Below are positions 25,585 through 39,516 of a stretch of DNA of 64,000 nucleotides, piece after piece. A program made the translations under genes and the position numbers. How positions within the stretch are numbered: position 1 is the stretch's first letter; each line of letters starts with the position of its first letter. This stretch comes from Camelus ferus (Eukaryota), in contig NC_045697.1 in NCBI RefSeq assembly GCF_009834535.1, positions 54,314,001-54,378,000 of the forward strand. Direction: 5' to 3'. The notes under the pieces are model-generated. The model saw nothing but the letters and a program-made list of their open reading frames with translations. It did not search any database and was not told the origin of the DNA.

Positions 25585-27679
25585 GTAAGTTCAAGACAAT
25601 GTTATACATGTCATCATCCAAGTTTATAAGCACTTACTAGCATGTGATACTATGATAGGCATAGCAGTAACATAATTATAATATACAGCCCTCAGCCTCT
25701 AAAAATATATGACCTAGATTTTAGATATAGTATTAATGAAGTTGATCCACCATGAAATACTGATTCTGAGAAGCCAAATATTAGAGTGGTTAACCATCCA
25801 AGCTCAAGAACCCGGCAGACCTGGGTCTGAAATCCATAACCTCTATAACCAATTCTTTTATCTGTAAAATGAGGATAATAATAGTATCTAACTTTTTAGG
25901 CAGTACTAAACATTAGATGGAGATTAAATATGTCAGGCACATACTAAGCAAGAAAAGAATCTCAGCTATCTCAGATATTTTGATGTTGTTAACCTATATC
26001 ATGATCACTGACATTAGTAATTTTAATCTCAACCTTCTGACCACTATGAAGTCTTAAGTAAATCACTCATCTAAGAGTCATATAATCAGTTTTAAAATAT
26101 AAATAACACCTGAATATCAGCATCTTTAAGATAGAAAGTATATACAAAGAGCTTAGTTGCTTGAGTCGCAACAGCTTCCACAATTGTAAAACAGCACTAA
26201 TGAAGAGGAAACAAAAATTTAGATCTACTTTGTAATTTTCAACCAAATCTAAAAATACTAAAAATAAACACAAAATTCTTATTCTAAAGTAATTAGAATA
26301 AGATTTTAATACTAAATTTTTTAATTAAATTATCTAAATAATTGATGTGGTTATGCCTTTTAAATAAAATTTATTACTATGTCTGAAACCCAATCCATAT
26401 AATAATAGAAATAAATAATTCATATCCAAAATTACATTTTTGGAATTAAGAAAAATCAATCTGTTTTCCTAAGGAATCTGCTACTGCTTTCCTGAGTGAA
26501 TTGTGAGCAGACAAATTAGGTTTATTGTTTCCTCAAACATTACCGACTTTTATACTTGGTGCTCACATTCTTGAAAAAGTGGATAAGAAGTAGATCTTAC
26601 ATAGTTTTGGCAAAGACTCCAATTCATGAGCACTTTCCCCAAAATGAAACATTTTTATTGACTGCAAATTGTGTGGGAGTGGAGGAGAATCGTTTATCAA
26701 TATTCAAGATACTGTTAATTACCCACTGGTTTTTATTCCCTTTACGTGGAGACATCATTATGGTAGGGAATGCTTCTTGCTCCCCTTCCTGTTTCTCTTC
26801 TATTGCTAGCCCTGTAATTTTCAACTTCTTCAACAAATTCTCTATTTTCACAGTAGTTTTCCGAAGAATTCACCAAATAAGCAACACACTTCTACACTGA
26901 TCATTTCAGATCTACTAAGAGCATTAATTAGAACTGACTTAAGGATATACATGAGATATAAAAGGGTGATTATTCATGCTTTACTCATGATGCCCCTTAC
27001 CTCTCCATATACAAATTCTGCTCTTCCTCCAAGCCCGGTTCACGCCATAACTCATCATGAAAATTTCCCTTTGTGTTCCACTCTGAGCCTCACTGATTTT
27101 CAGCTGAAATACTATAATGCATAGAGTTTGTGCCTCAAAAAAAGTCACTTCACACAAGAGCTTATGAGATCCTGTTTGTTTTTGTTCATTTATTCATTTA
27201 TTTTTTAATTGCATTAATTACTTCAGATGTCCTAGACTCAGTGCTTACACAACAATGTATCACCTGAACTGACCAAGGTTGTGATCCAGAACAGAGAATA
27301 CAGGCTCAAATATTTGCCCAAGCAGGCAGCGAAGCTGGCCAGATACAGGAAAAATTAGACGTACCTCTTAGTTTAGTATTTGCTTGCCCACTCTTGGTAA
27401 TACATTATGCAGAGAAATTTCTTACTATAGAAGAAATAGCAGAAAAGCACAATGATGGGAAAGTGCTGAGGACTGGTTAACTGGAGCACATATGCATAAT
27501 CTAAGCAAGGCAGGTGCCAATGAGCTCCATGCAGCACTTAACCATGCAAGCTGGTGATTCACACACTAATCCTTCTTCTCATCTAAACCAGTAATTAAGT
27601 AGGTATGGAAGAACTAGCTACTAAAAGCAGTCAAATGAATAGCAAACTATCCTAGAAGCACACTTGGTAATAACAGCTG

Positions 27680-27880
27680 ACTTATTAGTACCAACTATAT
27701 ACCAGGCTGTACTCAGAGTGCTATGTGTGTTAAAGTTATTTAGGCATATAAAAATATTACTTACAGATAAGGAAACTGAGGCACAGAGAGCTATTAAGTA
27801 GTTACTGAAAAGTCATATAGCTAGTAAGTAAAGAATTCAAACCTAGGCTACCTAACTCCAGAACTCACAGACTTCACCCA
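27680..27880 (-). mobile_element. MIR SINE
   Basis: Core 'ttacagataaggaaactgaggcacagagag..taagt'. Similar MIR-like pieces at about 320-440, 6440-6630, 21720-21910, 25790-25950, 56900-57130 and 61230-61345. Confidence 0.7.
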
Positions 27881-28746
27881 TCAAGCAGCATGTAAGATAC
27901 ATTAAATTTTTCTCCTCAGCTAGATTATTACATGCACAAATATTTGGTTGGTTTATTATTATAATTGGCTGGTAATTATTTTCATAAGGAGTATTTTAGT
28001 CATTGCCACATAAATTTTCTTTTCTATTACTCATCAAAAAGAATACATTACTATATACTATGCATCAAGCACTGTGCATTGTGCTATGAATAGGAAGATA
28101 AGTGAGATTTCTAAAAACGTATTCATTCTACAAGTATTTTCTTAGCATCTCCTTTGGGCTAGAAGTTTAGGAGACAGCAGTGTCCTAAATAAGTATGCTC
28201 CATTCCCTGATGGAACTGACAGTACTGCCTGAAAAACAGACACTGAACAAGTATCATAAATGCAATGAGTGTTGCAGAGATGTGCAGCTGCTACACTGAG
28301 GGGAGCTGATGCCATGGGAGTAAGTTCAAACAGGCACACAAATGTACTTGTATAAAATAATGAAGTATCGGTGAAAGAGGTACATACAGGAAGTGAGAAC
28401 ACGGGCAGTGAAAAACTAATTTAGCCCAAAGCTGGAAGGGATGACAGTTGGGGAAGAAAGTCACAGGTCAAGGATGGCCCCCGAAGGAGGTAAGCCTGCA
28501 ATAGGAAGCAGACTGGTGGAGTCTGGGGCATGTGCTCCTCATCTTCTCACACATGCTGAAGGAACAATGTGTGTACTTGGAGGATTTTGGTAATTTTCAC
28601 ATAACTTGGTATCGTATTTCAACAGGAAATGTCAGGCTTAACTTTACTGTTATAATGGATATGACTTCTACTATTACAGAAATAAACTCTTTAATACTTC
28701 TGACTTATCTTCATACTTAAATAATCTATCATTCTGTTTCCTTTAG

Positions 28747-28908
<162 letters not shown>

Positions 28909-29342
28909 TGCAGTAAATATGTCTCTGCTGCAAAGTCCGTATGCAAATGTGCCTGTCTAAAATTCCAAAACTTCACTTTTCAGCTGCAAAAGGAAGCAAA
29001 AATGTCCTATTTCAACATTATGTTACAAAAATGTTTCACAAACACTAGTCTTTCTCTATTACTATGGATTTTATATTTTCTTAAGAAAACTATATGAATG
29101 CTGCATAATACTGTGGCTGTGTGCCAGGGAGGCATAGTATACTAGTTACAGCAATAACAATTTTATGACAATTGTGATAATGTAAGTGCTATTAGTGAGA
29201 AAAACAGGTACCCTGAGAGTGGCAACTAGAGGAACCTGGACAAGTCCGCAGGGTCAGAGGAGTTTCCTCCGAGGACATCTCACTGAAGTTGATGGGTGGT
29301 TTTTGAAGTGAAAAAAAAAAGTGAAAGAGGGCCACAAAAGTC

Positions 29343-29515
29343 AAAATATCCTTCTTCTTTGTGGGTGAATTGTATTCCATTACACATATATGCTGCATCT
29401 TCTTTATCCATTCAGCTGTTGATGTGCATCTGGGATGCTTCCATGTCTTGGCTATTATAAATAAAGTTGCTGTTAACAGTGGGGTGAATGTATCTTTTTG
29501 AATTAATTCTTATTT
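29343..29515 (-). mobile_element. Antisense L1 fragment in the probable TMPRSS11D 3'UTR
   Basis: 'tattccatt..catcttctttatccattc..tgcttccatgtcttggctatt' is the ORF2 end on the minus strand. Confidence 0.75.
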
Positions 29516-29696
29516 TGTGGTTGGCTTTATTTCTTTGGTAACTATGCAAGTTTAAAAAGCTAAAGTTCTAAACACTCTTAGAAAAAATGAACAGTACATA
29601 TATGTAAATTTTTAAAATATGTGCAGTATATTGTATTTATGTATATATGCAATATATTGTATATGTGCAGTCAAATTGTAAAAATTCTACCTACCT

Positions 29697-29712
29697 AATA
29701 AAACTGAATAAA
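29697..29712 (+). terminator. Candidate TMPRSS11D polyadenylation signals (two AATAAA)
   Basis: AATAAA at 29697-29702 and 29707-29712, about 0.8 kb after the stop. Other AATAAA occur at 29460 and 30015. Which one is used cannot be read from the sequence. Confidence 0.35.
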
Positions 29713-31759
29713 ATTTAATGGCACAACAATTTATGTAGTCTGAATTACGAATGTTACTGAATTTTTATGGGATTCTACCCCAGCTAAAGCTTGGTTATGC
29801 ACAATCATCTACATGTCAGGGCTTCTGCTGCTAAAAGCTTACTCATGACAGCGGGGTATCAGAACAACTACTTGCATTGTGATGAAAACATCTTGTATTT
29901 CTTCATGTAAAATTGTGAAGAGACCTACATTGAAGTCATTCACTTTGAAGAATTTGAAAATTAAACCAACTTTCAGTGAAACATACAGACAAATCATTGG
30001 TACACTCTCTTTCAAATAAACTCTTTTAAAATCATTTCTCTGCCTAAGTATTTATGGAAGTTACAATTTATGAAAGACAATTCAAAACAATTTATTTAAT
30101 TGGTTTTCCAACAAGAGGATTGCCAACTAGACTCTAAAGACTTGACACTCTCTGCTGCCTTATAATCAAGCTCTATAACTAAGGCAAGCGTCCAGCTTGC
30201 CACTCCCTGTCTGCACCCTCTGAGGACAATATTAAACTAGTAATTTACAGTAAGCATCAAGGGGAGTGTGTTTGTAGGTGGGTAGGTGGGTGTGTTGGTG
30301 TGTTCGTATGTGTGTGTGCACATACCATCACATAATCATAAACATACTTGTTTATTTCTATGTATTAAAAGCAGAAATTCTACTTATTTAGCAGAAAATA
30401 GCAAATTCAATTATTTATTGAAAATAAAATATTTAGCAAATAGTCATATTTTTATGAAAAGATATTTGAACACCAGAAAAACACCTATTTTAAGAGATTT
30501 TTTTTTTAATGTACTGATGAGTTCTGTCTCCCTGATAGCTAAGTAACTTCATGAAAGCAGTTTTGAGTATTTATGGGAAGGGTGATGATTCATAAATCTT
30601 TCCAGTTCCTAAAAAATCATTCTGGAAACTCTGGAAGAAACATTCTAGCATCCTAATTAAGTCCCCAGAAAACTTTTTAATACCAAGGAGAATCCTTTCC
30701 AGCATATAGAAAACACAGACTAATTTTTTTTAATGGCAAACAAAGTGTATATTTGATGTTCAAATTGAAACCTCCTGAGTTTAGTGAATAGAACTAATGA
30801 AATGAGAATTATTCAAGAAAGTTTAGAGCAAGCAATTGACTATAACATTACTTGGAAGTTTTAATTACAGAGTGCAGATCATTTATTCATTTTACAAATT
30901 TATTGAGCCCTGTATGTTCCAGACTCTCTACTACACTATACTATTCTCTACTATATGCTAGTGAAACCAAGATAAACAGACATAGTCCTGGCCTTTAGAC
31001 ACTCAATATGACTAACATACAACATAACATAATGGATGCAATGATAAGGAATAAGATATTTATTACAAGATAACAAAAGAAGCAGGAAGTTTCTAGAATC
31101 CTTGGGGAAAATATTTTATAACAATATCAAAAGTGAGTCTTCCAGAGCATCATTTATCATGAACCATACTAATTACTCTGTGGTTAGAGATAAGGGAGCC
31201 AAGAACTCAGGTTATTTACTTTAACATGTCATAGTCTCTAATTTATATAATCCAATTCCTGTTTTCCAGTTTACTAAATCTTAAATGCTTCAAACGATCC
31301 AAAATAAAGTTTTTTATTTTTTATATGTCTACATAATCCAAATCTCAAATCCTAGTCCATTCCATTTCTAGTCAATCAGTTTAATTAATTTCCTATGGGG
31401 AAAACAGATTATCACCTCCCTCCCATATTTCTAGAGATTCGTTTCTATAAGAATCAGTTTTCTTTTGAAGAAAGTTTCCTTATCATGGGAGATATTTAAG
31501 CAGAAGCTGGATGATCACCTGCAGAAATGTTTTACAAGATTTCTGCAGTAGGTCAAGCTTCAAAGCAGATCATTGCTATGGTGCTTTCTAGTCTAAGATT
31601 CTACCCATGATAAGCAAATAGTTTTGAGAGAGCATAAAATCTGAGAGAAAGAAGAATTTCAGAGTATTGGGACATTTGTTTGTCTGTTTAATCTGGTGCA
31701 CGACCATGAAACAAATTACCTAAAGAAATATATAAAACAGTAAAGAAAAAAGGAAAATT

Positions 31760-32455
31760 AAAAATAAAGCCACTGTAATATATCACAAATGCACACTTGT
31801 AAAGGATTAAAAATGGAAAGTCTGAAGATATAAAGCACTGGCAAAGATGGGGGAGGATAAATTGTGTAAACTTGGAAAATTTTTGGAATTATCTAGTAAA
31901 GGCTATCTGCATAACCTATGCCCTAGCAATTCTACTCTGAAGTGAATACTCTAGAAATGGGTGCACATGTGTAGGAATATTCAAAGCAGCATTATTCTTC
32001 ATAGACAAACAGTGGAAACAACCAAATGTCCATTAACAGTAAAATGGATAAATAAATGTTATATCCATACAATGGAATACCATATAACAACAAAAATGAA
32101 GAGACTACAGCCACACCTAACAATATGAACAAACTTTGAAAACACAAAGTTAAAAGAAGTCAGTCACAAAAGACTACATACTATACTATTGTATTAGTTT
32201 AAAAACTATGTTGTTTAGAAATTCATTCCTAGTCATGAAAAGCTATTTTTAAAAAGCAAGTAATTTATTACCAAAAATATATAAGACAATGTTTACCTTT
32301 AGAGGAGCAGGGTAGAACAGTAATAGGGAAGGGAAAGGCAGAGAGCTGCTGGTTTGTTAGCAAACTTCTACGGATATCTATTTGCTTTATAGTAAGTCAC
32401 TGAGTTGTACATTTACGTTTTATGTGCATTCCTGTATGTGTACTGTTTTTCACAT
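31760..32455 (+). mobile_element. Old L1 (L1ME-like) 3' fragment
   Basis: 'ctatgccctagcaattctactc', 'ggaaacaaccaaatgtccattaacagtaaaatggataaataaat', 'catacaatggaatac'. Confidence 0.75.
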
Positions 32456-32458
32456 CTC

Positions 32459-33019
32459 TGATGCAGAGCATTGATAGGCAGCCCAAATATGGTGAGGGAA
32501 GCAATCTATAATTCTCAGGTCATTCAGGAAAGTACCCTTGAAGGAAATGTGGGGCCAACTGACATCCTTCAAAGTCCAACGGCCCCCATCTCTGGGCTCT
32601 CAGATGTCTGCCTGTGATCTCTCAACAGACAAAGTACATTCTTTACTGGTTGTGTTTCCCCTAACAAACTAATAGCCCTCGGTAATGCATAATTTCACAA
32701 TAGCTCAGGCTGGCTCGTTTCAGCCCACCTTATCAGAGTTCATAAACCCCACTGCCCATCATGGACCCTAAACTTCTTACCTCACCTGCAACCAGACTTG
32801 TGCACAAGCCGATCAGGCACCTTGTGACCCACCTTATAAAACACCCCAACAACTGGCCCCCAAGGCTCACATAGGCCCCTCTAGGCTGTGTGGCACGCTG
32901 TTGTCTATGGCAGCATACCCCTAAGACTCCTTTTCTATTCTCATACTTTATGTCTGGTAAACTCTTTTACCAACCTGAGAGTCACAGTGTCACCAACAAG
33001 ACGTTCATGTCCCACAACA
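32459..33019 (+). mobile_element. Older ERV solo LTR
   Basis: TG...CA termini, TATAAAA at about 32835, U5-like 'ggtaaactcttttaccaacc', elevated GC. No clean TSD. Confidence 0.6.
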
Positions 33020-34455
33020 GGAAATATGTGAAACTTTTTTTTTCGTTTTAAATATGTATCACAATGAATAGCAGAAAAAGTATTTTATTTCTGTTCATGA
33101 TCTGCATTAATCTTTTAATAATTATGTATATATTTGTTTTTAGCAGGGTTGCCTATCAATGTTAACGTTGTTATACTTAATATTTCTAGTGTGCATAGTA
33201 CTAACTCAAATATCTGGTTCTATTTCTTCCATAATAAGTAAATAAGTAATTTTCCTAAGATATAAATTTTTGAGGGTAAAATAAAAAGATACATATAATC
33301 CCGTTTAGTAACAAGAAACCAGCTCAAGTGATTCAGTTAAATAATTCATGTTAAATGATTCAGACTAAATAATTGTACTTGCAATAATAAAAGTAAACAT
33401 GTTTTAAGTAATAAAAGGTTGTGTTTTGTTTATTTGTAAATAGAACTCTCAAACATTTTATTCAGCTTGTCCTAATCATCCCTTTCTTAAAACCTCAAAC
33501 TCTTCATTATAATAAAAGTGTTCTGATTTGGGCCTTAATTCCTGTAAGAATGGACAGCCCCAAGGACTTGATGCATCCCCTGAACTCCCTCTAGTCACTG
33601 CCTCCAATGAAACTCCCTCCTCTGAAGGAAAGAAAAATAAAGCTTTCATACATATCAATGCAATGAAAGGGAACCTAGGATGAAAGCATGAAAAGCATTG
33701 GTGAAAACTTCTGGATTTTAAGAAAGTCAGTCAGAAGTAGTGTTGTACTCTAATTTTTAAACAACAGAACTACAGTAGCTTTCAGTTAACTGAATCAAAC
33801 ATTATCTGCAATTTTTAAACTTTAGAGCTAGAAGGTTCTAATGCTGTCCTAACTGAATGCCTCTCATACTCATTCATCGTGGGTCACCTGAAAAAAAAAA
33901 TGTCGCCTTTTGTTCCTTTTGTGATGATTTATGCATGCTCAAAGGGTAATTTCACTGAACCTTTGTTTGTCCTGAATAGTCTTAGGATACAATCCTGTTT
34001 CTTTTCAGCCTTAAATATATCACTTTCTCTCTACTTCTGGCAGTCAGAGCGACTTAATGAGAAAGATACAAATTTGAATAAAGTATCAAAATTATAAGCT
34101 ATAAAAAATAAAATTATACAATACACATCAACACTGGCTCCAAAGATATGTTTGTACTACCTAGACAAATTAAAAAACAAAAAACTTTAAAGTTATCCTA
34201 CAGATATCAAGGTCTATCTAATTATATTATTCTAGTTTTAAAAAAAAGAAATTTCCATTTAGTCTGCAGTAAAATGGAAACCTTTTTCTTCTAAAATTCT
34301 GAAGCTTTTTACAATCCCTTCACTAAAACTTTTCTCTATAAATTTGTCCAGCATGTCATATAAATTGACTAACTTCATTTTTTCTCAAACCTAGCTCAGG
34401 AAACAACAATCGCAAAATAAAATGCCCTTAATTTGGAGGTAACACTTACCCACGG

Positions 34456-34979
34456 TGTCGCTGGCGAAGCCCACCAGGGTTCCTGGAAAAATAAGATGGA
34501 ATCTACACGATACGGTCTAACCTCTTCCTTTGTACTTTGTCTAGTGGCACTCGCCTACAGGGGCCCATGTGTGGAAGTCTTGCACCTAACTCGCAGGATT
34601 AGAGCTCCCAGGGCAGAGCCGCCTGGCGCCCACCGCACGCAGAAGCAACCCGCGCCACAACACAACTCAAGATGGCGGCGGGGGCCGTGTGCAGAGACGC
34701 TGCGCCGGGCACTGCGATCTGGAGCCGCCCGCAGCGCCGCTGCAACCGCCCGGCAAGAACCCGCCCCCGCCTCGCTGACTAGACCCTCTAAAGCAGCCCC
34801 GCCCACAGCCTGTGAGCGGGAACCTATACTCGAGACCCCGAGCTTGCACCTCTTCATTCTCTGACTAAAGAATAAAACTTTTCCTTGTCTCTGAGATGAA
34901 CTCAGTTGTGTTCTCTTGCTGAAGGAGACACCGGTCAGGAGGACCCTTGCTGGAGCCAAAGTCCAAAGGGTCCGTAACA
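34456..34979 (+). mobile_element. Young CpG-rich ERV solo LTR (ERV1-like)
   Basis: TGT...ACA termini; 4-bp flanks ACGG/ATGG differing by one CpG transition; GC/CpG-rich core; AATAAA at 34871; no internal ERV sequence adjacent. The 5' boundary rests on the imperfect TSD. Confidence 0.8.
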
Positions 34980-36861
34980 ATGGCAGGAGATTGAAATGAA
35001 GACTTCCCTTCTTCACCAGTTGTGCGTCCCGAGATGTAAGTGTGACTTTCCTTTCTTTGTAGTTTCACATAATCTGGAGGGTAAAATGCAAGTGAAGAGA
35101 CGTAATTGTAACACTCTCCTCATGGCAAACATTAAGAAAATTAGAAGAACTCTCTCATTAGAAAGAGTTGTCTAATTAGAGGGATTCTTTTACCCTGACT
35201 CCAAAATAAGATTTTTTAATGATAATCCTCTAAAATATGTTCTTAAATTTTAAAAGTGAAATTGAAATTTTTTTAATGATGATTTAAAAGTGAACCAATT
35301 AAAAAGTCTTGTAAATGAGACAAAGAAAAAGGAGGAGTAAGAATGGGAGGGCTTACAACCTATGTAAATATTCTCAATGATAATGTTTGCTTTAAGGAGA
35401 CTTGAAATCATCCATCACTTAAAATTTTTTACTGATACATGAATATATATTTCAAATTACACACAAATGAAAAACTTTAAAAGGCTCCTACATTTTAACA
35501 TATTGGATTCTAAATGTTCAGGTAAGTTTTTAACATTTAAGAAAGCAAGATGTATGTTCATATCATGTATTTTCAGGTTAGGTTTCTTATGGAACTCAAT
35601 AACATTGAATGATATAATCACTGAGACTGAGGAGACAAAAATATATAGCAATTAACCTTATGACCAGTTTATGTCACAGGTTTCCCATGAGATTTACACA
35701 ATCACGCAACATATGCACACAAATTTTCCACGTAATCCTAATGGGATTTAACTTTTCAGTAAGTTAAAATGTGCTTATTTTTCATCTCAGAATCCCCATC
35801 ACAATGCATAAGAGATAATAGACATTCAATGAATGTTTGAATAAATTAAGGAATAAAAGTTAAAATTCAGTAGCATTAAAGAAAAAAAATTACTTTCTCA
35901 GAGTTGATGGAGATTATAGCCAGAAGAAATTTTATCATATATTCAGCCATTTATTTTATTATGGTCTCCAAAATCAAAATACACATGGAAAATCTAAACT
36001 TCAGTAATATTCTGTCAAAAAATTTTCCAAATATACAGCCTGATTTATTAAAGGTTACAGAGCTAAAGGATGAGATGGGCACATACAGGGACACAGATGC
36101 AGAGACATAAACACTTTCAAACACATAAAATTATGGAACTCAATGGAATAATATATTCATATCAACACAATCATATACACATTAACAAAAAAATCAAAGA
36201 GTATTCTCAGGTAAGGATAGAGAATTTGACTAGTTCTTATGAATTGAATAATTTTTATAAAAATAGTTAAAATATGAATTATCAACAATGAGTATACACA
36301 TATATACTCAATAACTTTTTAAATTCATTCATTATTCATAATATTGTTTCTCAAATTATGAATTGCATATATTTTAGGATGACCATTTAGACTGGCTCTC
36401 TTGGTATTCCAAATAAAAATTTTTGCATAGAACAATGTCTTCTAAGTGGCTTATTTGTTATATTTAAAAACCAATAAAATTTCTTCTTTCCCAAGTGCCT
36501 TTTAAACATTGAAATATCTTTATGTCTTATCCTTTGTGGTTTTCCAAACATTCTCTTCCTTAATGTTTTCTATTTGAAAACTGGATAGAAAAGGGCATAA
36601 CATGTATTTTATACTTACTTTTAACTGAGATCCATTTTAAAATTTCACCTGAAATGTTCAAAGTGACTATGAATGACTAAGCCAAAACTTTTTTAAATGT
36701 TTGCTTTAAAAGAATGTATTATAAACCACATTATAATAATGGAAAATAATTAAAAGCTTAAAAAACTAGTAACTGCTAGTGATCAGTTATCACCTTTCAC
36801 TTTCTCATTCTCTTTCAGTCCTCATCTAAATACATAATTTTACTTAGTTTGTAACCATAAC

Positions 36862-37233
36862 TGTTGGTTCCCAAACTGGCCCCTGTACACAGAGAACAAG
36901 GAGAGACTGAAGAAAGAGGCAGACCACTCCAAACTGGTTGGTGGCAAGAACTTGCACGCAGGACTTGTGTTGGGTGGCTGCAAGAACAGATCTCCGCCAG
37001 AATCTTAAAAGTTTATTTAAGGCCTTAACTGGGTTCAATCACATATACTGTCCAGTTGATCCCAGCAATACATTGCTCTCTCAAGGCCATGGCTTTGAAA
37101 ACAGCTCTCACTGTGGGAACGGTGGGCAGAACACACACTCCAAAGACAGAGGAACCAACAAGGAACCTCCACTGCCCAGGTGCAGCTTGCAGGTCAACTG
37201 GCAGTCATGTCCTTTCCATGACCTCCTCCAACA
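36862..37233 (-). mobile_element. ERV solo LTR, probably antisense
   Basis: 6-bp terminal inverted repeat TGTTGG...CCAACA bounding a roughly 370-bp GC-richer block in AT-rich DNA. Orientation inferred from a TATA-like motif on the minus strand. Confidence 0.6.
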
Positions 37234-39445
37234 ATATAATACAAATTTGGATTCTGCCTTATTCACCTTATATTGTATCTTTTAACATTTTATGCTGCTT
37301 ATGATAATTATTAAAAGGTTTTAACTTTTCATTTAGTTTATATGTCAATGCATCCATTAATATTTACTTAAAATTAGTTTTTAAATATTTCTCATTTCAG
37401 TCCAATGGTTAGTTGATTTTTTAAATGATAGCTTTTAAAGTGAACACTTAGATTTATAATAAGAGAAAAAGAAGGTACTTACAGTTTTTTAAAGTGTTTT
37501 TGTATCCGTCATCACAAATGTTAGATATACATGGCAGACACTGTCAAACACATGAAATTATGGAATTTAAAAAGAAACTTAGGGTTGTAACTTCCATATA
37601 GCCCCTTTTTATGGCATCTTTCTTCTACATAATTTTTTAAAGCTACTACTCTATGTCTTTCCTTGATACTTCTAAACATCTCATTGCTTTAAAACTGAAA
37701 CTTTTATGAAAACCCCTTTTTTGTGTAACTTAAAGTCTGCCTTTATAAAGCTCATATTCACACTTCTCTAGCTGGTATGATATTTTTTTGCCATGAACTC
37801 GAGTATATCCCCCAAAAAAGTAATTTTCTTAATTATGTCTCTTTCAAGCCCCCATCCTGCCTAATTATAGCAGCTGTACACACTATTCTTGGTAGATTTA
37901 GTCAATCTAGTTTTCTTAGGCAGTTTGGGGTTTTAAAACTCAGTCAAGTTACTATATTCCTCCCTGTTCTCTACGTTCCAGGTGACCTAGCTTATATAAT
38001 GTCAAGCACTGGGGCTAAGGGACTGATCTACAGTCATCATCTGTCCAGGTTATCAACTCCTGAGATGCACATTGCCCATCTGCAGGCATTATCAACCCTC
38101 TACACCTGTCCTCTCAGAAGCCTTGGTTCCAGTCTTGTCTCAGACTCAGCAGATCATGCTGCTAACTGTTGGCAGCCTCCAACAGGTCAGTCAGCTTTCT
38201 CACGTTCATTTCTGCACACTGTTTACAGCCATGGAATAAATAGGCTACTAGCCCCGACAGTCATCAAACTCAACAAGGACCCTGCCTCAGGGTGTCACAG
38301 CCTTGATACACTGTGAAATCTCCCTATTCAAGGGCTTAAGCACCGTGATGGCACAAAGAACTCAGCAAGGTGCAAGATCCCATGACTTCATGATGATAAA
38401 GCAGTACATTTTGAGAAGATCACAGGGAGAATGTAAGGATTGACCTATCTTAAAGGATGAGTAGGATTTACAATAGCAAATAAAAGAACTTAATAGATAT
38501 TTTGAAGAAAGTTGTAAAAACATAGTCTGGAATGCTCAAATAAACACAATCAAAGTAGAAATTGTTAGAGAATTCAAATGTATCTGATCCAAGGTCTCAT
38601 TAATAATTGATACGAGAACTGCCATTATGGTTATTTTTCATTCTAATACAAAGATAATTAGTCTGATTACCTTTCCCTTCGTATGTTTTTTGGGGAAAAG
38701 GAAGTAGCATAGGTAAAACAATGATTCTCCTTGATCGTATAATAAGTTCGTATCTCTTTAACAAAGACTGTTACCCAGGGAAGCCTTTCTCCAAGTTTAT
38801 ACTGCTGGTCGCTGGCCTCTGGCTGGTGGCTAAACATTAGAATGTGTCTTATCTGTTCTCCATGCCAGTATCTGCTAAGAACCAGAATGCTATCCAAAAC
38901 TTTGAAAAATGACTAGTTAAACCCATATATATATACTTTTAACAAAAAAATCAACACCCTTTAGGTTTCAGGGAATAAAAACTCTTAGTGAGTGCTAGTA
39001 TTCTGGTAGCAGTAAAAATTTCAGGGAGGAATTCATAAGGGATGAGATGTGTCAAAGGAGGCAAGTTATAAGTTGGAGAGTATTCAGATCCTAATGGAGG
39101 GTTAGAGCTGGGAGAGTCATTGGCCTTCCACCAAAAGGCAATAAAGAAACTGCCGCAGTCTGGACAGTAAGAAGTGCAGCTGCCCTCTCCAGATTCACTA
39201 AATGCAGAACTGAGTGAAGACTGGCTATCCTCAAACCAGGTGACCTGATTCCTTCCCCAGTCATAACAACTGGGAGTTTTAAATTTTATCTCTACTTGGG
39301 TCATCTGATTATTTATTACTTATGAAGCAGCATATATATAGCTCATGTTTTGCTAACGCACAATTAATTAGGAAATCTTCAAAGTGCTTTGAAGATGAAA
39401 ATTTGTGAGTGCTAAGTATTTTCATTAGACCATTATCATAAAGCA

Positions 39446-39453
39446 CATAAAAG
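39446..39453 (+). promoter_or_regulatory. Candidate TATA-variant (CATAAAAG) core promoter of TMPRSS11C
   Basis: CATAAAAG 71 nt upstream of the exon-1 ATG, implying a TSS near 39475. Motif and position only. Confidence 0.35.
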
Positions 39454-39516
39454 TTACAGGATCTTGTAAGCTACATAGGTGGAGAATGACTGTGCCACAC
39501 GGCACTCGGGGAGAAC

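Noticed and set aside
34433..35016. ORFs of 143 aa (+) and 153 aa (-) over the GC-rich block
   Set aside because: Low-complexity Ala/Arg/Pro/Gly translations with non-ATG starts, expected from stop-codon scarcity in a GC-rich LTR; no recognisable domain.
37777..38316. 179-aa ORF between the two genes
   Set aside because: No recognisable motifs or exon context; treated as a chance ORF, though a database search was not possible.
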